Below, piece by piece: positions 8,610 to 18,106 of a stretch of 21,222 bases of DNA. The DNA comes from Octopus sinensis (taxonomy: Eukaryota). The position numbers were made by a program, and so were the translations under genes. The notes under the pieces are model-generated. The model did no database searches and had not been told where the DNA came from. It saw only the letters and a list, made by a program, of their open reading frames with translations. Every line of letters begins with the position of its first letter. Positions within the stretch are counted from its first letter, which is position 1. The stretch lies in assembly GCF_006345805.1 (NCBI RefSeq), contig NW_021823814.1:1-21222 (forward strand), in the 5' to 3' direction.

Positions 8610-10821
8610 TTATTCTTCATATACGTTTATTGTTTGGATAATTTTATCTAATATGGTTATTGTTAACCTAAGATTCGTATTTATTGTAGACAATAACTTA
8701 GGCATGCCAGACGTCACCAGTATCAAAATAATCTTTGTGAATGTTGAAAAGTCGAATTCACTTTGATTTAATATATTTTTGCAAACAAAGAAAAAATATA
8801 TGATTAGAAACAATTTTACAATGGATTTACCAATCTCGTTTCTCAATGGAAAATTATGGTTAACAATTGTCTTGAACAACTTGGCGTTTATGAATTCTTC
8901 CCCATATTTTGACTGAACTAAATTTGGACGAAGAATTTTGGTGAGCTTTATGGCTTCGAGTAGAATAAAGTCATACCGTTTCTGAATAGCTTTTATAATT
9001 TCAATACCATAGAGAAGAAACATGGAAACAAACCATATATCACCAACAGTATCAGGCTTAGCAAGTACTGCAATAGCTGAAGAAAATATATACGTGCAGA
9101 GGATTTCAAAACTTGTAAGAAATATAAAGATTAAATAAATTCCCCATATTATAAAACATAGAAACGATATGAATGTTAAAATGAAAGCAATAATCTTGAA
9201 AATATAGTTAGGATTCAAATACAGGGGTTAAATATAAACTCTGAAATAACTTAATGGTAAAGTTAAAATCAGATAAACAATTGGGATTCCATAATAAACG
9301 AGGCACAGAAATAATTCGCAGACAGAAAATACAGCAAATAAAATTGTAATGGAAACAAAGAGCCAAAGCGTAAGGAATCGCCAGAAAATATTTCTCCTGT
9401 AGTAATATAACCAAATTTTCTTTATACGATTAATCCAAGTATAAATTATTAAATACCAGAAATTTGGGTTTAAAGCAGTAGAAATATTAGCTTTCATTAT
9501 TGCATAGAGTAGATCATAATCCTGTAGTGTAGAAACATTTAAACTGCCATACTTCTGTAATAATCTCTTATTTTGAATGAGAAACGTGAAAGTGGATCTT
9601 TGATGTAATGTATTATAAGCGACAGTCTCACTTGTTCGACTGGGAAGAACAAAGAGAATAAAGCTGAAAAATATGTAGACCGTGAACCACAAAAACGGAC
9701 CCCCCATGAAGCCATCTGTATTGTCATAACTTTCAGTTATTCCTAATATTAGGGCGCGATAGCCCAATGGTATACCATCTTGGTAAAGAATTTCTACTGT
9801 TTCATATAAAAATAAGTAATGCATCAAAAGATCCAGAAAGATTACTGAAAGAGAAAATAGAATACAAAGGAATCTTCTCAGCCTCGAGGCTAAGAGAGTG
9901 GAATGGTGAAAGCAAAACAACCAAGACAGAAAATGAGAGAATGTGTAAATATTATGTTTTCCATTGATCCACTCGGATTCGTGTGGCAATGTGCTTTTAA
10001 TTGTAAATATGAATTCATCATGAGCAAACAGTGGCAGATTGAGTTGACGGGAATGTGAAGGTACTTTCGCTTTTGATACGAAACTAATGAGTAATGGTAA
10101 TATAGCCCACAAAACAGCTCCGAAAGTATTTGCATAATTGTAAAATATAGAATTCTCAATGATTTTTCCTGAACAAATGGATTTGGTGTGATAAACATGA
10201 CTTTCATTTTTATAGAGTTTACAGCAATAGTTCTCGATTTATACCAATTCGTTTGTGAGCTTCAAATGTGCCAGGGCTGTTCTTCTTTATGTCTTGAGAC
10301 AAATTTATATAAAAACATATGAATCCAGATTCTGCCATTTGCAATTTGTCCATAAATGTGATTCTTTTCAATGCCTCGAATATCAAATATATTAAATCGT
10401 GTCTCTGAATATTTTGTTTTCCACAAGTGATATTGATATCAATCCTTTGTTTAGCAACGTAGACGTCTAACATTTTAAAAGAATTCATTGAAAAATCATA
10501 GGAGAAAGTTCTATATAGAGTTAAAGCACCTGATTTATCTGGAATCCACGTAAAATGTCTCGCATTCGCAAAATAATCCAAAGGTACAGGATTAAGAAGT
10601 TCATCAAGTGTCTTGTTTGATAAATGGACTTCAAAATTGAAAACCTCTTTTTCTAATTTTACTAAACGAGATAAAATCTCACCGATATTGGGAGGGATTT
10701 TAACTTCACAATCATTGCCGAGTTCCTTCGCATCGATGTTTAGTGATGTCAGTGTGATAATAAGAATGATTGAAAGAATAAGAGAACTGGTTGCTGTTGT
10801 TGTCGTCTGCATGGCAGCCAT
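8610..10821 (-). pseudogene. Single-coding-exon gene for a ~736-codon signal-peptide + multi-pass membrane protein of unassigned family, with one frameshift (~10239) and one in-frame stop (9230-9228)
   Basis: ORF 10821-10219 joins the frame of ORF 10112-9228 by removing one A (…HKRIGI|IENYCCKLYKNESHVYHTKSICSGKIIENSIFYNYANTFGAVLWAILPLL…). That frame is open from 10238. ORFs 10112-9228 and 9218-8610 are in the same frame, separated only by TAA (…VYI*PLYLNPNY…). The protein has an N-terminal hydrophobic signal, a Cys- and sequon-containing ectodomain, and about 9-10 hydrophobic segments. Confidence 0.8.
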
Positions 10822-10831
10822 ATTTGGTTAT

Positions 10832-10866
10832 CTGTAAAAATATGAAAAAACAAAGCATATTAAGTA
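10832..10866 (-). promoter_or_regulatory. Candidate 3' splice acceptor just upstream of the start codon (5'UTR intron)
   Basis: The minus strand reads CTTAATATGCTTTGTTTTTTCATATTTTTACAG|ATAACCAAATATGGCT: branch-like CTTAAT, a pyrimidine tract, then CAG 10 nt before the ATG. Confidence 0.55.
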
Positions 10867-11431
10867 ATGAAGATTCAACTCCGTTTCTTTATTTCATAGA
10901 CATTTGCACTGTTACGAAATAATCATAAGTGTTGTGGTCAATGTATCTGAGAAATCAATGCATTTTTCTGTTGCCGAGTACCTCTTTTATGGTTAAACAT
11001 ATCCCCGTTTCAAGGTCAATATTTTCTATTCAACGGTTGCAGGAGATGTTCTATTGCATTCGATGCTACCTAGTTCAAGGTATTAAAATTAGCATCATAA
11101 CTGAATCAAGTTATATTTGAACTGAAAATACGGAGGTTTGAATGTAGATGGTAAAGATATATGAAATGAGTATGAATTTCATTTCAAAACAGATTCAAAA
11201 TGGAACGCTAAGAAATGACCATGTATGAGTACGTTTCTAGTAGACCTGAAGATGATGGTAACACAGGGAAGAAACGAAACCCCTTTTGGACTCATGACCG
11301 ATACATCACACTAGGCTTCGAAAGGTATGCATTTACAGTCCAAGAACGGGAGATTGCTACTAAATACCTAATCAATAAAAGAGACATTGAAGACACTGAC
11401 GTTCTTAGGGGCAGCTGAAAATATAGATTAA

Positions 11432-11790
11432 TCATAATCGTCGTCGCCGTCATCATCATCCTTGTCATCTTCATCATAATCGTCATCATCCTCATCATTT
11501 CACGTCTGCTTTTCATGCTGGCATGGTTTGGACGGTTTGACAGGAGCTGGCTAGGCAAAAGCCTGCACAAGGCTTCAGTGTATATTTTAGCATGGATTTT
11601 AGGGCTGGATGCTTTTCCTAACCAACAGGCCGGAAGAGTGTCTTTTACGTGGCCCCAGCACAGAGTAGGCCAGTTTTGGCATGATGTTTACAGCTGGATG
11701 CCCTTCGAAAATACCAACCACTTCACAGTGTGGATTGGTGGCTCTTTACCTGGCACCAACATTTGCAGGGTCACCAAGTAATTTGCAAGA
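11432..11790 (-). mobile_element. 3' portion of a SINE with (GAT)n tail, internally duplicated; 5' tRNA head not evident
   Basis: The minus strand has …GGAAAAGCATCCAGC… and …AAGGGCATCCAGCTGTAAAC… (plus strand CTGGATGC at ~11607 and ~11694). It ends CAAACCGTCCAAACCATGCCAGCATGAAAAGCAGACGTGAAAT-(GAT)n, which resembles an abundant octopus SINE 3' end as I recall it. Confidence 0.62.
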
Positions 11791-11924
11791 CAAATATTCT
11801 TTCAGACGGGGAGGGAGCATTGGAAGAATGATGTTGTGCCAGATGAAGAGAGGTTGGTGTGACAGAGAGATAGATATAGGTAGAAACGAGTGAGACTGTT
11901 GTGGAGGAGGTACGTGGTTGTTCG

Positions 11925-11936
11925 GTCAGGAAGAGA

Positions 11937-11976
<40 letters not shown>

Positions 11977-12150
11977 AAGACAGAGAGACAGACAGACAGA
12001 GAAAGAGAGAGAGACAGAGATCATGAATGATGACAGAAACAGGTGCGCTGCAGTAAAGGAGCTGCATGGTAAACCAATCAGAGGGAGAGAAAGAGAGAGA
12101 GAAAGACCAAGACAAAGAGAGAGGAAGTGATAGAGAGAGAGAGAGAGTGA
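11925..12150. repeat. (GA)n-rich microsatellite
   Basis: Direct reading. Confidence 0.88.
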
Positions 12151-12591
12151 AAGAGAGCGATGGCGAGGGAGTAGAGACTTTATATGACTTCAAAGAGTGT
12201 GGGGTTGGGGAATGCGATGACTGATGAGACCTGGGTATATAGAGGGGTGGCGGACAGCATATTAGCAATGGGGTAGGATTGGGGTACATGAGATAAGCAT
12301 AAGCATAGAGCAAGAACATGAGGAAACGTGGGGAAGAAGAGGGATGTTTTTGGATTTTGGGGGTAGGGTGTGTGAAAAGTCTTATTGTTACATGTGGGTG
12401 GGACACTCGGTGTTTCGAGAATTCAGTCTCACTGAAATGGGCGGCTCATGTTTCTTTGGAAGACATCACACATGGGATTTGCAGTTGCCCGAAAATGTCA
12501 TCAAGGTACTACCTTTCTATGTGAGATGGCGCTGTCGCAGAAATAATGCACAATGCCATTTCCGGGAATAAATGTAGATAAATCCTTCTTA

Positions 12592-12592
<1 letters not shown>

Positions 12593-12622
<30 letters not shown>

Positions 12623-14605
12623 CATACATACATACATACATACATACATACATACATGCATACATACATACATACATACATGCACACATACATACATGCA
12701 TGCATGCATGCATGCATACATACATACGTACATACATACATACATACATACATACATACATACATACATACATGCATGCATGCATGCATACATACGTACG
12801 TACATACATACATACATACATACATACATACATGCATACATACATACATACATACGTACATACATACATACATACATACATACATACATAATGCATGCAT
12901 GCATGCATGCATACATACATACTACATACATACATACATACATACATGCATGCATACATACATACATACATACATGCATACATACATACATCATACATAC
13001 ATACATGCATGCATACATACATACATACATACATACATACATACATCATACATACATACATTACATACATACATACATACATACATACATGCATACATAC
13101 ATACATACATACATACATACATACGTACATACATACATACATACATACATACATACATACATGCATACATACATACATACATACATACATACATACATAC
13201 ACACACATACTTCCAACACACCACACACATACAACATACATGCACATATACGCGCACAAAAATACACACACCCACACACCCCACGCGCACACACACATAT
13301 GTCCGTGTACACACACCAACAAACAGTACTCATACATTACACATACACACATACATACACACATACATACATACATATACATACACACACACATACACAC
13401 ATACACACATACACACATACATACATACATACATACATACATACACACATACACACACACACACGCATACATACATACATACACACACACACATACATAC
13501 ACACACACATACATACATATGGGGTTGGCTTTATTGCAGGCATGCGTCAGTGTATGTATGTGTGTGCCTGTGGATTCACATACATCCACACCAATTCTTT
13601 TTCCATCAATCTTTCAATCATAACGTGTGTGCTTGCATACATATATATACACACATATAAATCTCTACATTTGTACACACACGCACATGTATACATTTCA
13701 CTCGCACGCACGTACACACACACACGCACACACACATATATAGATATACAATTCACGCACACACACACATACACACATACAAACACACACACCAGCACCG
13801 ATGCCCACATATACCTCCAACAAACAATACTCATACAGATACGCACACATTCATACACACATGGGCACGGACACACACATACACGCACGTAAGCGCACAC
13901 AAGCACACGCACGCACATTACGCGCACACAACTCCAACCCCCACACACACATACACAAATTCACATACACACCGATACATATACATACACACAATATATG
14001 CCTACACGCGCACACACACATACACATACGTATACACATATAGGCACAGACACACATAAACATGCGTACACATACAAACGCACACATACACGCACTCACA
14101 ACTACACGCACATACGACACGCACGCACATACATACACACACACACACAAATGAACCCACACATACATCCCATACACACGGCACGCAATTATACATACAC
14201 GCACACAATTATACATATATACACACATACGCAGGTACAAGCACACACGCACACATACACTAAGTAAAGCACAGTTATTCGCCACACACCCAAACTCTAC
14301 GCATACACACACGAACACACACAAACACTCGCACACACACTACAAACAAAACACACACACGATACATATAAATACACGTACACACACACCTACTTCAAAG
14401 TACTGACCTGTGGTAGAAAAAACACCACTCCTTATTCTTACAAACTATACAGCTTACTACTAGCCTGTTGTTTACAGCTACAACCACACACACATACACA
14501 CTCACACGCACACACACACACACACACACGTGTCATCATTGCACACATACACACACGCGCGCACACGCAGACCACCGCGCACGCACACATCCACACTTAC
14601 ACACA
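12593..14605. repeat. (TACA)n microsatellite (to ~13200) grading into a degenerate (CA)n/CACG-rich tract
   Basis: Direct reading. It explains all HTYI/MYVC ORFs from 12501 to 14336. Confidence 0.96.
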
Positions 14606-14619
14606 CCTTCCCCCTCCTA

Positions 14620-14896
14620 ACATTCCGCTGTCTTTGAAAACTCTTCTGTCTTTGAAAACATCTTTCTTCACCCCTTTCCCTTCCGGTCTTTCAAAATGTG
14701 ACCTCGTGTGTACCGTTGGCGATTTTTTTCCTCTGTCTTCCCTTCTCTGGATCTTTCCTTCTCCTATGTTTCCGACGAAGAGTTCCTCTCGAAACGTTAA
14801 ACCCTCCTTCTTTCCTTCTTTCCTGAGCGTCCAATAATACTACATTTGTTCCACGTCCTCGCGTTGTTGTGTTTTTTGGTGTTTTCTTGTTTGGAT

Positions 14897-14900
<4 letters not shown>
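14620..14900 (+). mobile_element. Penelope-like pseudo-LTR (pLTR) terminal fragment carrying a minimal hammerhead, ending in (TA)n
   Basis: It contains HHR2, then a ~100-nt T-rich tail abutting (TA)n. It shares the doubled GTCTTTGAA motif with 3860-4320. Confidence 0.62.
14768..14802 (+). ncRNA. Minimal type I hammerhead ribozyme variant (HHR2)
   Basis: Stem I GUUU/AAAC; core CCGACGA (U4C variant) plus an inserted A; stem II GAG/CUC with loop UUCCU; GAAA 14791-14794; loopless palindromic stem III (AACGUU); triplet GUU (after 14798). Confidence 0.58.
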
Positions 14901-14959
<59 letters not shown>

Positions 14960-15100
14960 TATATATAGATATATATATATATATATATATTATATTATAT
15001 ATATATATATATTATATATATATATATGTAGACATATATACATATATATATATATATATAAATATGTATATATACATATATATATATACGTACATGTATA
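14901..15100. repeat. (TA)n microsatellite
   Basis: Direct reading. Further (TA)n arrays lie at ~15285-15341, 15625-15662, 15715-15989 and 17257-17358. Confidence 0.97.
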
Positions 15101-15108
15101 GGAAGGCG

Positions 15109-15186
15109 TCCCGCTGACGAACCTTGCCTTGGTAAACATATTCTGTTTGTTTTGCTAGAAGGAGGTAGAAACTGATCAGTCCGGGA
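15109..15186 (+). ncRNA. Type I hammerhead ribozyme fold (HHR3) in a ~185-bp unit between two (TA)n arrays
   Basis: Stem I UCCCG/CGGGA; core CUGACGA 15114-15120; long stem II ACCU..CCUU/AAGG.AGGU with inner AAACA/UGUUU and one unpaired A before GAAA (15168-15171); palindromic stem III ACUGAUCAGU; triplet GUC (after 15181). Confidence 0.7.
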
Positions 15187-15282
15187 TATATTGTTAATGG
15201 TAAATGTTTTTGAATTTCACTCTCTCCATGAATTTATCCCTCTTTGTGTCTCTAGCACTAAGCTTCCTTATTTGGAGCCTTT

Positions 15283-15344
<62 letters not shown>

Positions 15345-15420
15345 AATATATTAGGGAATAAATCCAAACTTACAGGGAAAAATCAGATTTAGGATTGAAT
15401 CCAATTTTATAGTAAAATAT

Positions 15421-15630
15421 TATATTATATTAAATTAGAGACAAAACCACTATTATGCAAATCAACCAAAGAAAGACTAAAGCCAATACATAAATTAATT
15501 TATATTATTTAGAAATGTAACAATTATTAATATCCACTACGATCGTTTCGTGTCTTCAGTCATCAAATCTTTGAGTAGTAGACATTCATCAGGTGGTTTC
15601 AAAATTTTGTCTCTAATTTAATATAATATA
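15421..15630. repeat. Perfect 26-bp inverted repeat (15421-15446 / 15605-15630) bracketing HHR4
   Basis: TATATTATATTAAATTAGAGACAAAA at 15421-15446 is the exact reverse complement of TTTTGTCTCTAATTTAATATAATATA at 15605-15630. Confidence 0.9.
15534..15596 (-). ncRNA. Type I hammerhead ribozyme fold (HHR4)
   Basis: Minus strand: CCAC CUGAUGA A-UGUCU…(UCAA-AGAU-UUGA)…AGACA-C GAAA C GAUC GU A GUGG. Stem I CCAC/GUGG, canonical core, A·C mismatch at the base of stem II, palindromic stem III ACGAUCGU, triplet GUA. Confidence 0.75.
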
Positions 15631-15735
15631 TATATATATATACTATATATATATATATATATAAAACTTTTGATTAATCTGCAACAAGATTATTCATCTT
15701 TCTATTTTACCAAATATATATATATATATATATAT

Positions 15736-15762
15736 ACTTTGATACTTGATACTTTGATACTT

Positions 15763-15767
<5 letters not shown>
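15736..15767 (-). repeat. Isolated (TATCAAAG)n repeat, identical to the LINE tail at 17236-17257 but in opposite orientation
   Basis: ACTTTGATACTTGATACTTTGATACTTTGATA embedded in (TA)n. Confidence 0.88.
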
Positions 15768-15857
<90 letters not shown>

Positions 15858-15922
15858 GATATATATATATATATAAATATGTATATATACATATATATAT
15901 ATAATATATATATATATATATG

Positions 15923-15973
<51 letters not shown>

Positions 15974-15989
15974 ATATATATATATATAT

Positions 15990-17257
15990 GGAGAGGGCTC
16001 CAACACCGATGTCATCTACCTTGATTTCAGTAAGGCCTTCGACAGGGTCGATCACAAGATCCTATTGAAAAAACTATCCAACATTGGTGTCTCTGGAAAG
16101 TTACTGAAATGGATCAAGTGTTTCCTGACAGACAGATCTCAACATGTTGTAGTTGAAGGGGTAAAATCAAGCCCAGCCAAAGTCAGTAGTGGCGTTCCGC
16201 AAGGCACTGTGCTGGGCCCACTTCTTTTCATCATTTACATTAATGACATTAATGACATCATCAAGCACAGCAACATAAAAATCTTTGCAGATGATTCCAA
16301 GCTACAGAAGATCATAAATGAGGCGAGTGACCGGACATGCCTTCAGTCAGATCTACTGGCTGTTATCCAATGAGCAGAAAAAAACAATATGCTGCTGAAC
16401 GAGGATAAATTTGAGTTAATCCACTTTGGAAAAGAGGATGCCCTGAAACTCCCATACTCCCTTCCTTCAGGTGAAACTCTCGCGGCGTCCAACAACATCA
16501 GAGACTTGGAGTAATTGTGGACAACAACATAAGCTGGGCCACTCATATAAACACCAAAGTTGACATGGCCCGCAGAATGTGTTCCTGGATTCTCAGAACT
16601 TTCCAGTCGAGAGATATCCACACCATTATCCTTCTCTTCTCCACTTTTGCCCGACCCCACCTTGAATACTGTTGTCCACTGTGGTCTCCCCACACAATAA
16701 AAGGTATCATAAAAGTTGAAGCACCTCAAAGGGCAATCACAAAAAGGTAGATGGCATGACAGGCCTCGACTATTGGGGTCGACTAGAAAAGCTAAAACTT
16801 TATTCTCTCCAACGTCGTCGTGAGCGCTACATCATCTGCATGATGTGGAAAATATTCCATCAGCATTGCCCAAATGATGTTGGCATCACCTTTAAGGTAC
16901 ATCCAAGGCTTGGACCCCGTGCCATCCGCCCAAAACAAAAATCGCACTCTCATCTCATAACAACAATACGGCACAATTATTTCACCTCAATTGGCCCCGC
17001 TCTCTTTAACATTACACCAAAACACATTAAAACAGAAACTGACCCTATAGGGTTCAAGAAGTCTCTGGACAGATTCCTTCAAGAAATCCCGGATAAACCC
17101 CCTACACCTGGATATGTCTCTGTAAACAATAACTCTCTACTTGAGTGGGCCATAGTGCCCAAATTCTGACTTGAAAGACTTCACCAGGTGGTGCTATTAA
17201 GTTAGACATGGCCTGGGCAATTAATGGCCGAAACCTATCAAAGTATCAAAGTAAAGT
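15990..17257 (+). mobile_element. 5'-truncated, inactivated CR1/L2-group LINE (RT to C-terminus, 3'UTR, TATCAAAG tail) inserted in (TA)n
   Basis: Motifs: [48 protein letters not shown](V)IVD, RPHLEYCCPLWSP, LYSLQRRRER. It has a nonsense TGA at 16371-16373 (at a usual W) and frameshifts near 16509 and 16748. The stop is at 17167-17169, followed by a GGCC…GGCC stem (17210-17229) and the tail repeat. Confidence 0.93.
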
Positions 17258-17272
17258 ATATATATATATATG

Positions 17273-17332
<60 letters not shown>

Positions 17333-17442
17333 AATATATATATATAATAATATATATGTAGGTCCCGGGTGATTCGGGGTTAACCACAGTAAATAAGGTA
17401 CTCAATACATAGCAGAGTAAAATTAATTTATTATATAGAAGG

Positions 17443-17493
17443 AGCTTCTACAGGACTAGAACTGTTTCATTCAAGAGAAATCTTCAGGAAGCT
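17443..17493 (-). ncRNA. Type I hammerhead ribozyme fold (HHR5) in an inverted pLTR (~17369-17520)
   Basis: Minus strand: AGCUUC CUGAAGA UUUC-UCUU-GAAU GAAA CAG-UUCUAGUC-CUG UA GAAGCU. It has a 6-bp stem I, a canonical core, a U·U pair at the base of stem II, a 4-bp stem III and triplet GUA. Confidence 0.77.
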
Positions 17494-17521
17494 AGTTAAC
17501 AAGAATTGTATTGGCATTTAT

Positions 17522-17860
17522 AAAAGAAAATCCTACATCGGAATGACGTCAAACAGCTTTAAGACCCGTTGGTACGCCCACACACACTCGTTCCGGCGAC
17601 CTGATAAATCCAACCAAACTACCCTCGCCGCCCACATCTGGTACCTTAAAAGGAACTCCATCCCCTTCAAGACCAAGTGGAAACTACTACAGAAGGCGCG
17701 TTCGTACACAGGAGGCCATACTGCTGTGACCTTTGCATTTCGGAGAGCCTAGAGATCTTGTTCGCCAAAGGCCTCTCCTTAACAAGATCTCAGAACACTC
17801 CCCAAATTGCATGCATAAGAATTATGCAAACTACAAGAACTATAGACCTACCCGGCAACC
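17522..17860 (+). mobile_element. Penelope-like element (Neptune-type) GIY-YIG endonuclease C-terminal fragment, frameshifted
   Basis: It reads KSYIGMTSNSFKTRWYAHTHSF…QTTLAAHIWYLK…KWKLLQKARSY, then across two frameshifts CDLCISESLEI and LLNKISE…CMHK. This matches the PLE pattern YIG.T…FK.R…H..SF…T.LS..IW.LK…W…C.LC..E…LLNKRSE…C.H. Confidence 0.88.
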
Positions 17861-17949
17861 AGATTGATGACACCCCACCCACAAACACCCCCAATCCCAC
17901 CGTTCCCCTAGCACCCCCGATTACCTTTTCTCCTAAGACCTTTCACATA

Positions 17950-18075
17950 TTGTATGTGCACGCTTGTATATGTGTATCGTATATATGTATAGAAATGTAT
18001 GTGTATAGTTGGAATATACGCATGTATTATGTGTGTGTGTGTGTGTATGTATGTAAAAAAAAATATATATGTATG

Positions 18076-18106
<31 letters not shown>

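Noticed and set aside
11215-11418. 67-aa ORF MTMYEYVSSRPEDDG…, also containing CTGAAGA…GAAAC
   Set aside because: There is an in-frame stop just upstream, no recognisable motif and no usable splice phase. The hammerhead-like words lack stems II and III and a UH site.
390-13200. (TATG)n at 390-894 and (TACA)n at 12593-13200 form a giant inverted repeat
   Set aside because: They are the same very common microsatellite in opposite orientations, with no shared unique flanks.
17205-17235. GGCC-loop-GGCC-GAAAC resembling hammerhead stem II plus GAAA
   Set aside because: There is no CUGANGA upstream. It is better explained as the LINE 3'UTR stem-loop before the tail repeat.
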